Assembly: GCA_035758545.1 (NCBI GenBank)
Contig: DASTWQ010000073.1
Span: forward strand, 7,274-71,273
DNA length: 64,000 nucleotides
Direction: 5' to 3'
From: Holophagaceae bacterium
GTDB lineage: Bacteria > Acidobacteriota > Holophagae > Holophagales > Holophagaceae
The notes beneath the pieces are model-generated. The model made no database searches. It saw only the letters and a program-made list of their open reading frames with translations, and was not told where the DNA came from. Positions 22,337 to 31,920 of the stretch are shown here, one piece after another (positions within the stretch are counted from its first letter, which is position 1; the number at the start of each line of letters is the position of its first letter). The position numbers and the translations under genes are program-made.

Positions 22337-23137
22337 TCATTGTTTATCTTCTCGCGAGCGTCTCAGCGCCTGGGCTTCATTCAGAATGTCTTCACGCGCT
22401 TCCCGCTCAAAGTTCTCAAGCTTGAGGCGCTCGAAGCCTTCAGGGTTGCGCTCGCAGTGATAATGATGGTGACGCATACGCGCCTCTTCTGCTTCCCTTT
22501 GCGCCTCCGCCTTCGACTTTGGCCACTTACCCATAAGCCGAAGCGCTTTTTCTACAGCTTTATATAGGCTGTAAATTAGCACTATGACGCCCAGCCAGTC
22601 ACTCCACCACTCAAGAATCGCGACGCATGCTGGAACCAGTGCGGCCCAGGCGAAAACGATCCACCACCCTAGGCGCAGGTGCTTTGCTTTCTCCAGGGCT
22701 TGCCCCCGCAGGTGCTGCTTGGTCCTAAACGGAATACCGGCGTAGATCCTTTTGAGGTACGAGACGTCGAGCGCATTCTTGGGGAGCTCATCGTTCGTTA
22801 GCAAGCGCCATTCAGAAATTATCGCATTTGTCTTGGCGTCAAAGTATCCAATCAGGTGGCTGCAGGACCGGTAACTTTCAAGGCATATTAGGCTTCCTGT
22901 GTCATCGAAAGCAGAGACCATGATCGGTACTGGGTATCGCTCCAACCATGCGACTAGTTCTGTCTCCATCGTCGCTGCAATGTCTTCCGGCGCTTTGGCC
23001 ATATCGAGAACGACAATCTGGACTGTTGCAAATTGGTGCCCTGAGATCGGCGGGTGGTATTCAACGAAGTACCAGCCTCGGTCTTCTTTCGTTGCATCGA
23101 AGAACAGCTGATGCGTCTCCGGCATTGGAATGCCCAT
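22337..23137 (-). CDS. hypothetical protein: soluble N-domain, 2-TM hairpin, charged His-rich C-terminal helix
   Basis: 266-aa ORF in low-GC DNA. TM hairpin LGWWIVFAWAALVPACVAILEWW / WLGVIVLIYSLY. C-terminal KAEAQREAEEARMRHHHYH...REAREDILNEAQALRR. Confidence 0.65.
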   Translation of the reverse strand: MGIPMPETHQLFFDATKEDRGWYFVEYHPPISGHQFATVQIVVLDMAKAPEDIAATMETELVAWLERYPVPIMVSAFDDTGSLICLESYRSCSHLIGYFDAKTNAIISEWRLLTNDELPKNALDVSYLKRIYAGIPFRTKQHLRGQALEKAKHLRLGWWIVFAWAALVPACVAILEWWSDWLGVIVLIYSLYKAVEKALRLMGKWPKSKAEAQREAEEARMRHHHYHCERNPEGFERLKLENFEREAREDILNEAQALRRSREDKQ

Positions 23138-23231
23138 AATGACGGCTAACGGTGGTAGTAAGTGGATCCGCCGCGACGCGGTGGGGTCCGCTTGGGAGAT
23201 AGGTTAGGCATTTGAGCCTCGCCGAATTTGA

Positions 23232-23693
23232 TTAACCCTGACGATCTTGATTGCCTTCTGTATTGGCAGAGCTATTCGTAGAGATGCTCTTAGAAATAGC
23301 AAACCCTGCCACAGCAGAGAGGATCGGCAACCCCGCTTCTGCGCTGATTGCCTTGGTGAGGAGGAGTAAGGCAAGGATGATTACAATCAATACGGCAACA
23401 ACAACCTGCAGGTAAGTAGTCCAAAATTCGTTCCGACGCAGGAGAAAGTCTTTGTTTGAATCAACAAAATGCCTCGGCAGATTCGCACGAAATCCAATGC
23501 CCGACGCGTAATTGAGGAATCGATCCATGATTTCCATCCATTCATATCGACTGCCAAGGATGGATTGATCGGCGAGGTATCTCCCAAAGCGGAAGATGCA
23601 CCAAAGCGCAAACGTGCCGATGAAAAGTACGATGGTGCAGTACCAGGTGGTTGGTGACTCGAACCAGGTCATTACTCGATCTCCTTGTTTCAA
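23232..23693 (-). CDS. hypothetical membrane protein (about 3 TM)
   Basis: 153 aa. Hydrophobic segments WYCTIVLFIGTFALWCIF, YLQVVVAVLIVIILALLLL and GLPILSAVAGFAI. Low-GC codon usage. Confidence 0.6.
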   Translation of the reverse strand: MKQGDRVMTWFESPTTWYCTIVLFIGTFALWCIFRFGRYLADQSILGSRYEWMEIMDRFLNYASGIGFRANLPRHFVDSNKDFLLRRNEFWTTYLQVVVAVLIVIILALLLLTKAISAEAGLPILSAVAGFAISKSISTNSSANTEGNQDRQG

Positions 23694-23728
23694 TTTTGAG
23701 TTGAGACAGCACGCATCATCCAGATGCT

Positions 23729-24373
23729 TTACTTTCGACGAGAGCGGCGGCCTTGAGACCGCCCAGCGGACTCAAAGACGTCCGCCCGACGGAGGGGTTG
23801 GGCGTCGGGCTCATCGTGAACGAGGATTCCGCCAGAGGACGAGTGAAGGTGGTCCGATTCGTGGAGACCGAATAGGCCGCCGAGGTAAACCATGAGTGCT
23901 TGGAATCGGCCTTTAGCCTGGAAAACCCACTCGCGGTTGATCGACTTGTACCACTCAGGTTGGAGTGCATCACCAAGCACCATCTTCTCCGGTTCGGCCT
24001 GGTCTGACAGCTTCGGTCCGAGAACACGCTCCGGTTTGCCATGGGCCAGCTTGTCTCTCAACCGAAAGACCTCGGTTGCAAACTGAAGAGGCTCTTGACC
24101 CCAGTTGGGATCGCATCCGGCGGTGGTATGGAGGACATTTACCTTCGACTTCCACGACAGCCGCTCTATCTCGTCCCAAAACGGAATCGCTCGGGCACCG
24201 AGCGAGTTGAGGTATGACTCGATCGAGAATGCAATAAAGACGACGACCGGTGCCAACGGCAAACGCACTTGATCATCTCGTTCAAGCAGGCCGTACATGG
24301 ACATCAGTGCGCCTACTGACCTGCTCTGTGCGGTGAAATCTGAGAAGGCCTGGTAGTAGCGCATGTACGGCAT
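23729..24373 (-). CDS. HEPN-like putative RNase
   Basis: 214 aa. FRLRDKLAHGKP matches the HEPN R-x4-H motif (R[ND]xxxHG form). An upstream helix IAFSIESYLNSLG carries a conserved-type acidic residue. The start was set at the compositional switch; the ORF-track extension to 25333 is antisense to rarA. Confidence 0.6.
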   Translation of the reverse strand: MPYMRYYQAFSDFTAQSRSVGALMSMYGLLERDDQVRLPLAPVVVFIAFSIESYLNSLGARAIPFWDEIERLSWKSKVNVLHTTAGCDPNWGQEPLQFATEVFRLRDKLAHGKPERVLGPKLSDQAEPEKMVLGDALQPEWYKSINREWVFQAKGRFQALMVYLGGLFGLHESDHLHSSSGGILVHDEPDAQPLRRADVFESAGRSQGRRSRRK

Positions 24374-24498
24374 TCTGACGCCTAACTTTGAAATAGGCGA
24401 ACAGGTTGGTGGAGGGCCAATCCAACCTGACACGGTCGCTCGGGTGGGTGTGAAGGATCTTTGCGGCTTAGGATAGCCGCAGCAGGCGGGCCGGAGCC

Positions 24499-25947
24499 TC
24501 AGTCGCCGTCCTTCGGCTCCGCGATCAGGGCGCGGCGGAGGGTGAAGCGGGGGCCGCCCAGGCGGGCGAGGGCGCGGGCGAGGGCCTCGCGGCTGCAGGC
24601 CAGGTCGGCGGCCCAGGCTTCCATCGGGAGGGTGCCGCCCTCGGGGTGATCGGCCACCCAGGCCTCCCACAACGCGCCGAGCCGGGCGGTGTCGGGTTCT
24701 TCGCGGTCGCGCCAGCTGCGCTCCTGGGGGCGGATGGGCTGGTGGAAGCGCTCGCCCTGCAGCCGCTCCGGCAGGAAGGCCTGGGGCTTGTCGTAGTCGC
24801 TGTGGGAGTAGTGGTAGCCCTCGCCGCGGCCGGCCTTGCGGGCGGTGGCGGTGTGGGCGTCGCGGATGGCGTCGGGGATGGGCGCGTCCTCGGCGGCCAG
24901 CGCGGCGTCGATGGCGGTGATGGTGGCGTTGCTCTTGGGGGCGTTGGCCACGTAGATGACGGCCTGGGCCAGGGGGATGCGGGCCTCGGGCCAGCCGATC
25001 TGCTCCACGGCGCGGCTGGCGGCCTCGGCCAGGAGGAAGGCCTGGGGATCGGCGTTGCCCACGTCCTCCGCCGCCGTGACCATCAGGCGCCGGGCGATGA
25101 AGCGGGGGTCCTCGCCGCCGCGGATCATGCGGGACACGTAGTAGAGCGCGGCGTCGGCGTCCGAGCCCCGCAGGCTCTTCTGGAAGGCGCTGGCCAGGTC
25201 GTAGTGGCCGTCGGCGCGGTCGAACATCATGCGCCCGCCCAGGGCGTTCTGGAGCGATTCCAGGTCCGGCGCCTCCATGCCGAGCCAGATGTCCAGGCCC
25301 GACAGCGCGGACCGCAGGTCGCCGCCGGCCCACTGGGCCAGCCAGTCGAAGGCCTCGGAGGGCTGCGGCGCGCCGGGCCGCTCCTGGGCCCAGGCCCGCT
25401 GCAGCACCGTCCGGATGCTGGCGGGCTCCAGCCCCTTCAGGGCGATGAGCGTGCAGCGGCTGCGGAGCGCGGGGTTCAGGTAGAAAGCTGGATTCTCCGT
25501 GGTGGCGCCGATGAGCACCGCCTCGCCCCGCTCCAGGAAGGGCAGCAGGATGTCCTGCTGGGCCCGGTTGAAGCGGTGGATCTCGTCCAGGAAGATCACC
25601 GGCGCCGCGCCCTTGAAGAGGGGCATGGAGGCCTGGTCCAGGAGGAACTTCTTCAGCTCCGCCGCGGAGCCCGTGACGCCGCTGAACTCCACGAAGCCCC
25701 GGCCCGCCTGCTCCGCGAGGATGCGGGCGAGGGTGGTTTTGCCGGTGCCCGGCGGGCCCCAGAGCACCATCGAGGGCAGCCTCCCCCCGGCCGTCAGCCG
25801 CGACAGCGCCCCCTTGGGCCCCAGCAGGTGGTCCTGCCCCACGACCTCGTCGAGGGCCTTCGGGCGCATGCGTTCGGGGAGCGGGGCGGCGGGGATCAAG
25901 CGGTACCTGGGAATTCCCAGCTTAGCGGCGGGAGGAGGCCCCGGCAC
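24499..25947 (-). CDS. rarA: replication-associated recombination protein A (AAA+ ATPase)
   Basis: PERMRPKALDEVVGQDHLLG, Walker A GPPGTGKTT, Walker B IFLDEIHRFN, and ATTENP. Confidence 0.9.
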   Translation of the reverse strand: MPGPPPAAKLGIPRYRLIPAAPLPERMRPKALDEVVGQDHLLGPKGALSRLTAGGRLPSMVLWGPPGTGKTTLARILAEQAGRGFVEFSGVTGSAAELKKFLLDQASMPLFKGAAPVIFLDEIHRFNRAQQDILLPFLERGEAVLIGATTENPAFYLNPALRSRCTLIALKGLEPASIRTVLQRAWAQERPGAPQPSEAFDWLAQWAGGDLRSALSGLDIWLGMEAPDLESLQNALGGRMMFDRADGHYDLASAFQKSLRGSDADAALYYVSRMIRGGEDPRFIARRLMVTAAEDVGNADPQAFLLAEAASRAVEQIGWPEARIPLAQAVIYVANAPKSNATITAIDAALAAEDAPIPDAIRDAHTATARKAGRGEGYHYSHSDYDKPQAFLPERLQGERFHQPIRPQERSWRDREEPDTARLGALWEAWVADHPEGGTLPMEAWAADLACSREALARALARLGGPRFTLRRALIAEPKDGD

Positions 25948-26013
25948 TTGTGATCCCGGTCCATGGCCCCCGCGGCGCGGGCGCCTAGGCTGGCTTCAGC
26001 CAGGAGGTGGCCC

Positions 26014-26461
26014 ATGTTCGTCAAGGACCTCATGACGCGGAAGGTCTTCACCCTGAGGGCGGATCAGAAGGCCCTGGAGGCCCACGAGATCATGGACTGG
26101 GCCCACGTCCGGCACGTGCCGGTGGTGGATGGGGAGGACCACGTGCTCGGCCTGGTGAACCGGCAGGACCTCCTGCGCGCGGCCCTGGCCCGGATCTCCT
26201 CGCGGGCGAACCTGGGGCCGGACCAGCAGCTGGCCCTGATCCCCCTGGACGCCATCTGGGAGCGGCACGTCCGCACCGTCTCCCCGGAGGCCACCGTGCG
26301 GGACGCGGCCCGGCTCATGCGGGCGGAGAAGCTCAGCTGCCTGCCGGTGGTGGAGGGCGGCAGGCTCGTGGGGATCCTCACGGACCACGACATGCTGAAG
26401 GCCCTGGAGGCCTCCGCGGAGCTGGAGCTGGTCAGCGTCGAGCGGGTCAGCCCCGGGACGG

Positions 26462-26490
<29 letters not shown>
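26014..26490 (+). CDS. CBS domain pair protein
   Basis: [14 protein letters not shown] ... [15 protein letters not shown] ... [27 protein letters not shown]. Confidence 0.85.
26446..26475. repeat. perfect 15-bp tandem duplication
   Basis: GTCAGCCCCGGGACG occurs twice, giving [10 protein letters not shown] in the CBS protein tail. The second copy contains the msrA stop codon on the other strand. Confidence 0.9.
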
Positions 26491-27109
<619 letters not shown>

Positions 27110-27169
27110 CGGGGACCTCGCTGATCCTGGGGTGCCGCCAGGGGGCCGCCTGTGATGCGAGAATGGCCC

Positions 27170-28315
27170 ATGGCGTTCGTCTACCTCGACAACCATGCCA
27201 CCACCCGGGTGGATCCGGCGGTGCTGGAGGCCATGCTGCCCTGGTTCAGCGAGCGCTACGGCAACGCCAGCTCCGCGCACCCGATGGGCCATCTGGCCGA
27301 GGGAGCCGTGGTCCAGGCCCGGGCGCAGGTGGCGGCGCTCCTGAACGTGTCGCCAGCGGAACTGGTCTTCACCTCCGGGGGCACGGAAGGCCTCAACCAC
27401 GCCCTCCGCGGCGTCATGGAGGCCTTCCCCGCCAAGCGGCACCTGGTGACGACGGCGGTGGAGCACAGCGCCCAGCTGGCGGTCTGCGACCTGCTGCGGC
27501 GGTCCGGCGTCGAGGTCACGATTGTGGGCGTGGACGGTGAGGGCCGCCTGGACCTGGACGCCCTGGAGGCCGCCATCCGGCCCGACACGGCCCTGGTGTC
27601 GGTGATGGCCGCCAACAACGAGACCGGCGTGCGCTTCCCGGTGGCGGAGGCCGCCGCCCGGGCCAAGGCCAAGAGCGCCCTTCTTCACGTGGACGCGGTC
27701 CAGGCCGCGGGCAAGGTGCCGGTGGACGCCGGCGCCTGGGGCGTGGACCTGCTCACGCTGAGCGGCCACAAGTTCCACGGCCCCAAGGGCGTCGGCGCCC
27801 TCTTCATCCGACGGGGGCTGCGCCTGAAGCCGCTGATGCCGGGGCACCAGGAGCGCGGCCGGCGCGGCGGCACCGAGAACGTCCCGGCCCTGGTGGGCCT
27901 GGGCAAGGCCGCGGAACTGGCCGCGGCGCGCCTGCCGGAGATGGGGCGGGTGGCCGGGCTCCGGGACCGGCTGGAGGCGGCGATCCGGTCCATCCCGGAC
28001 AGCCATATCCACGGCGCCGGGGCGGAGCGGCTCCCGACGGCCTCCCTGGCGGGCTTCGCCGGGATCGAGGGCGAGGCCCTGCTCCTGAAGCTGGCGGAGC
28101 GCGGCGTCTGCGTCTCCACCGGCAGCGCCTGCACCACGGGCCAGAAGGAGCCCAGCCACGTGCTGAAGGCCATGGGCGCCCCGGCGGACCTCGCCAAGGG
28201 CACCGTGCGGTTCTCCCTCAGCCGGGAGACCACCGAGGCGGAGATCGCCGCGGTGGCGGAGCTGCTGCCGGGCCTCGTGGCCGAGCTGCGGGCCCTGTCG
28301 CCCTTCGCGCGCTAG
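27170..28315 (+). CDS. cysteine desulfurase (class V aminotransferase, NifS/IscS-like)
   Basis: [23 protein letters not shown] (PLP lysine), and STGSACTTG (active-site Cys loop). A GTG at 27152 is an alternative start. Confidence 0.9.
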   Translation: MAFVYLDNHATTRVDPAVLEAMLPWFSERYGNASSAHPMGHLAEGAVVQARAQVAALLNVSPAELVFTSGGTEGLNHALRGVMEAFPAKRHLVTTAVEHSAQLAVCDLLRRSGVEVTIVGVDGEGRLDLDALEAAIRPDTALVSVMAANNETGVRFPVAEAAARAKAKSALLHVDAVQAAGKVPVDAGAWGVDLLTLSGHKFHGPKGVGALFIRRGLRLKPLMPGHQERGRRGGTENVPALVGLGKAAELAAARLPEMGRVAGLRDRLEAAIRSIPDSHIHGAGAERLPTASLAGFAGIEGEALLLKLAERGVCVSTGSACTTGQKEPSHVLKAMGAPADLAKGTVRFSLSRETTEAEIAAVAELLPGLVAELRALSPFAR

Positions 28316-28322
28316 GCCCCCG

Positions 28323-29285
28323 CTAGGCGCCGGCCAGCAGCGCGTCCATGGCCTCTTCCAGGGCCGCGTCCAGCCAGCGCAGGCCCGGCACGCCCCGGCC
28401 CAGGTAGCCCATGTGGCCGCCGCCCTCCACCACCTGGAGCTGCACGCCGGGCCCCAGGGCGCAGGCCTCCACGTCGGAGGCCGGGGCGAAGGGGTCGTCC
28501 CGGCTCGTGAGGATCAGCGTGGGCGTCTCGATGCCGCCCAGGTGGGGCCCGGCGGAGCAGCGGGCGTAATAGTCCTCCCGGCTTTCGAAGCCGCCGGCCG
28601 GGGCCGTGTAGGCCGTGTCGAAGTCCCGCAGGTCCGCGAAGGGCGGGAAGGTCGGGAACGCGGGGATGAGGCCGAAGGCGGCGCGCTCCCGCACCTGGGC
28701 CTTGAGCATGCGCACGAAGCGGAGGTCGTAGACGCGGTTGAAGCCCCGCGTGATGCGGCGGCTGCAGGCGTCCAGGTCCACGGGCGGGTTCACGGCGATG
28801 GCCGCGTCCGGCAGCGTGAGGTGGCGGTCCCGGCCCAGCAGGAGCAGGAGCATGTTGGCGCTGATGGAGAAGCCGATGGCCAGGTGCCGCTGCTCCGGGA
28901 AGAGCCCCTGGCCCATGAGGAAGACCGTGGCGAGATCGAGGGTGCTGCCGCTGTGGTAGGGCCGCGCCGCGGCGCCGCGGCCCTCCCCGGCGCCCCGGTG
29001 GTTCACGGCGATGACCGAGTGCCCCCGGGACCAGGCCAGAGCCGCGGCCCGGCGCATGTAGTCCGCGTCCGCGCTGCCGCCCAGGCCGTGGAAGAGGTGC
29101 ACGGCCACGCCGCTGGTGCCCCGCGCCACCCGGAGCTTGAGGACATCCTGGTCCGGCAGCTTCAGGGAGAGGCTCTGCCAGGGCGGCGTCACGCACCGGC
29201 TGGGGAGCAGATGCGCGAGGATCGTCTGCGCGTGGGGGCCCTTCGCCCACCAGGGCGGGCGGAAGGGAGGGACCTCAATCATCAT
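28323..29285 (-). CDS. alpha/beta hydrolase (YheT/ABHD-like)
   Basis: [25 protein letters not shown] nucleophile elbow, and GGHMGY. Confidence 0.85.
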   Translation of the reverse strand: MMIEVPPFRPPWWAKGPHAQTILAHLLPSRCVTPPWQSLSLKLPDQDVLKLRVARGTSGVAVHLFHGLGGSADADYMRRAAALAWSRGHSVIAVNHRGAGEGRGAAARPYHSGSTLDLATVFLMGQGLFPEQRHLAIGFSISANMLLLLLGRDRHLTLPDAAIAVNPPVDLDACSRRITRGFNRVYDLRFVRMLKAQVRERAAFGLIPAFPTFPPFADLRDFDTAYTAPAGGFESREDYYARCSAGPHLGGIETPTLILTSRDDPFAPASDVEACALGPGVQLQVVEGGGHMGYLGRGVPGLRWLDAALEEAMDALLAGA

Positions 29286-29800
29286 TCATCGCGCTTGTAG
29301 ACCTGGGTGTAGTCGAAGGCCTGGTCCAGCTTCGGGTGCGAGTAGGTGGTCCGGATGGTGAGGGTGTCACCATCCAGCTCCAGGGCGTCGGTCAGCGTAT
29401 AGCCGTCCCCCTGGAGCACCAGGGTCAGGCTGTTGGGCGCGTTCTGCTTGAGGCTCGCCTGGAACTTCTCCTCGTCGTCCCGGCGGGTCCAGGCCACGGC
29501 GGTGGCGTTGAGGTCCAGGTTGATGGGCACTTCCTTGCCGAACGTGAGGGAGTAGCCCGCGCCGCCGAGCACGCTCAGGTGGTCGTAGGGCAGGCAGGCG
29601 TTGGTGAGCCTCTTCTTCCAGAGCGTCCGCTGGAGGATGTTCATGCCCTGGACGAAGGAGGCGATGCGGTCCTTGATGGCGTCGCTGTCCGGCACGGACA
29701 GGCTCCACTCGCCGTCCCACTTCACCTTGGCCGCGGGCTTCGGCTTGGCCTTGGCCTGACCCGGGGACACGAGGGCGGGCGGCATCAACAGGAAGGGCAT
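29282..29800 (-). CDS. hypothetical secreted protein
   Basis: 172-aa ORF at native GC. TCAT stop-start overlap with the downstream hydrolase. No family recognised. Confidence 0.55.
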   Translation of the reverse strand: MPFLLMPPALVSPGQAKAKPKPAAKVKWDGEWSLSVPDSDAIKDRIASFVQGMNILQRTLWKKRLTNACLPYDHLSVLGGAGYSLTFGKEVPINLDLNATAVAWTRRDDEEKFQASLKQNAPNSLTLVLQGDGYTLTDALELDGDTLTIRTTYSHPKLDQAFDYTQVYKRDE

Positions 29801-29851
29801 GGGGGCCTCCGGTCAGGATGGGGATGGGCCGCCAGTCTAGCGCCCCGGGAA

Positions 29852-30424
29852 TCAGCCCTTCCAGCGCCTCGGATCGTCCTCGGGCAGGCCCAGCTGATCC
29901 AGCACCCGAGTGGCGAAGGTGTCCACCAGGTCCGGGATGCCCTGGGGCCTGGTGTAGTAGCCGGGCATGAGGGGCATGACGATGGCCCCGGCATCGTGGA
30001 CCCGGAGCATGTTCTCCAGGTGGATGCGGTTCAGGGGCGTCTCCCGCAGGCAGAGCACCAGGGGGCGGCGCTCCTTGAGGCAGACATCCGCGGCCCGGCT
30101 GACCAGGCTCTCGCTCACGCCCGCGGCGATGCGGCCCAGGGCCCCGGCGGAGCAGGGGACGAGGACCATGCCGTCCTGGCGGAAGGAGCCCGAGGCGATG
30201 TCCGCCCCCAGGTTGTGCTCGTTGCGAAGGCCGATCTTGGGGTTGAGGCCCGCCAGGTCCTCGGCCTTCAGGCCGGTCTCATCCAGGAGGCAGCGTCGGC
30301 CCGTGGGCGAGACCAGCAGGGCGACCTCCGCCACCTCTGGATGGGCCGCCAGGCGCTTCAGCACCCCCACGCCGAAGGCCGAGCCGCTGGCTCCGGTGAT
30401 GGCGAGGGTGAGGCGCTTGGGCAT
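29852..30424 (-). CDS. ubiX: flavin prenyltransferase UbiX
   Basis: LTLAITGASGSAFG, VPCSAGALGRIA, and LKERRPLVLCLRETPL. Confidence 0.92.
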   Translation of the reverse strand: MPKRLTLAITGASGSAFGVGVLKRLAAHPEVAEVALLVSPTGRRCLLDETGLKAEDLAGLNPKIGLRNEHNLGADIASGSFRQDGMVLVPCSAGALGRIAAGVSESLVSRAADVCLKERRPLVLCLRETPLNRIHLENMLRVHDAGAIVMPLMPGYYTRPQGIPDLVDTFATRVLDQLGLPEDDPRRWKG

Positions 30425-30431
30425 GGGGACC

Positions 30432-31796
30432 TCAGAGGGCCAGGAACGCCGGCCCCACCTGTGTGATGCTCCCCGCGCCGAAGGTCATCAACAGGTCCCC
30501 GGGGCGGGTGAAGTCCTTGAGGATCTCCGGCAGGTCCTCGACCTTGGGCACGAAGTGGACCTCCTTCTGGCCATGGGCCCGCAGGCTCTCCACCACCGTC
30601 TCGCCGGTCACGCCCTCCAGGGGCGCCTCGCCGGCGGCGTAGATGTCCGTGATCACCACGGCGTCCGCCTCGAAGAAGGCCCGGCCGAACTCCTCCAGCA
30701 GGGCCTCGGTGCGGCTGTAGCGGTGGGGCTGGAAGGCCACGACGATGCGGCGGTCGGGGAAGCCCGCCCGGGCCGCCGCCAGGGTGGCGGCGATCTCGGT
30801 GGGGTGGTGACCGTAGTCGTCCACCACCAGGACCCCGTCCTTCTCGCCCTTCTTCGTGAAGCGCCGCTCGGCGCCGGTGAATTCCGCGAGGCTCGCGCGG
30901 ATGCTCTCCACGCCGACCCCCAGCTCCCGGGCCACGCCCATCGCGGCGAGGGCGTTGAGCACCATGTGGTGGCCGGGGACGCCCAGCTCGAACTCGCCCA
31001 GGTCCTCGCCGGCGGCGGCGACCTTGAAGCGGGTGCGGAAGCCCTCCTGGCGGATGTCCGTGGCCCGCAGCTCCGCCTGGCGGCTGGTGCCGTAGGTGCG
31101 TACGGGGCGCTTGAGCCGGGGCAGGGCCGCGGCGGCGTTGGCGTCGTCGATGCAGAGGAATACGGAGCCGTAGAAGGGGATCTTGTTGGCGAAGGCCACG
31201 AAGGCGTCCTGGATCTCCGCCAGGTCCGCATAGTGGTCCAGGTGCTCCCGGTCGATGTTCGTGATCACCGCGATGGTGGGGCTCAGCATCAGGAAGCTGC
31301 CATCGCTCTCGTCGGCCTCGGCCACCAGGTAGGCGCCCTTGCCGAGCTTGGCGTTGCTGCCGAGGATGCCCAGGCGCCCGCCGATGACGATGGTGGGGTC
31401 GAGCCCGCCGTGGAAGAGGAGCTGGGCCACCATGCTGGTGGTGGTCGTCTTCCCGTGGGAGCCCGCCACGGCGATGCCCTGCTTGAGGCGCATGAGCTCC
31501 GCCAGCATCTCGCCCCGGGGGATGACGGGGATCTTGGCCTGGTGGGCGGCCACCACCTCGGGGTTGTCGTCCTTCACGGCGCTGGAGATCACCACCACCT
31601 GGGCGCCCTCGATGTGGCGGCCGTCGTGGCCCTCCAGCACGCGGATGCCGAGGGACTTCAGGCGCTCGGTGGTGGCGGAGGCCTTCTGGTCCGAGCCGCT
31701 CACCTGGAACCCGAGGTTGGCCAGCACCTCGGCGATGCCGGACATGCCGATGCCGCCGATGCCCACGAAATGGATGGCTTTGATCTGGCCGAACAC
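30432..31796 (-). CDS. murC: UDP-N-acetylmuramate--L-alanine ligase
   Basis: [30 protein letters not shown], and [10 protein letters not shown]. Confidence 0.95.
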   Translation of the reverse strand: MFGQIKAIHFVGIGGIGMSGIAEVLANLGFQVSGSDQKASATTERLKSLGIRVLEGHDGRHIEGAQVVVISSAVKDDNPEVVAAHQAKIPVIPRGEMLAELMRLKQGIAVAGSHGKTTTTSMVAQLLFHGGLDPTIVIGGRLGILGSNAKLGKGAYLVAEADESDGSFLMLSPTIAVITNIDREHLDHYADLAEIQDAFVAFANKIPFYGSVFLCIDDANAAAALPRLKRPVRTYGTSRQAELRATDIRQEGFRTRFKVAAAGEDLGEFELGVPGHHMVLNALAAMGVARELGVGVESIRASLAEFTGAERRFTKKGEKDGVLVVDDYGHHPTEIAATLAAARAGFPDRRIVVAFQPHRYSRTEALLEEFGRAFFEADAVVITDIYAAGEAPLEGVTGETVVESLRAHGQKEVHFVPKVEDLPEILKDFTRPGDLLMTFGAGSITQVGPAFLAL

Positions 31797-31873
31797 GCGC
31801 GCTCCTCTGGATCCTCCAGCTTAAGCAACCTCGGCCCCGCCGGGCGCATCCAATGCACAGGGGCAGGCTGGAT

Positions 31874-31889
31874 TGGCACGAGGCTTGAA
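31874..31889 (+). promoter_or_regulatory. possible sigma54-type -24/-12 element
   Basis: TGGCAC-N5-TTGAA, 32 nt upstream of the lipoprotein ATG. The -12 element reads GA rather than the conserved GC. Confidence 0.25.
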
Positions 31890-31920
31890 CTGCCTTCCTG
31901 CGCTTACCCAAGGAGGTCCC

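Larger units (their letters stand above)
22005..24498. other. low-GC genomic islet (four minus-strand orphan genes)
   Basis: Sampled 60-nt lines inside are about 43-55% GC versus about 70% in the flanks. The long antisense stop-free frames seen everywhere else are missing here. Confidence 0.8.

Noticed and set aside
24403-24480. Hairpins AGGTTGG-N12-CCAACCT (24403-24428) and GCGGCT-N6-AGCCGC (24463-24480) as rarA terminators.
   Set aside because: The stems are short and neither is followed by a U-run on the minus strand, so this is too weak to call.
22005-24498. Prophage remnant or integrative element interpretation of the low-GC islet.
   Set aside because: It has no integrase, recombinase, phage structural gene, tRNA target or flanking direct repeats that I could see. 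I therefore describe it as an islet rather than a mobile element.
23729-25333. 534-aa ORF as given by the ORF track.
   Set aside because: Only the C-terminal 214 codons lie in the low-GC islet and look protein-like. The upstream 320 codons are Arg/Pro/Gly-rich and antisense to rarA.
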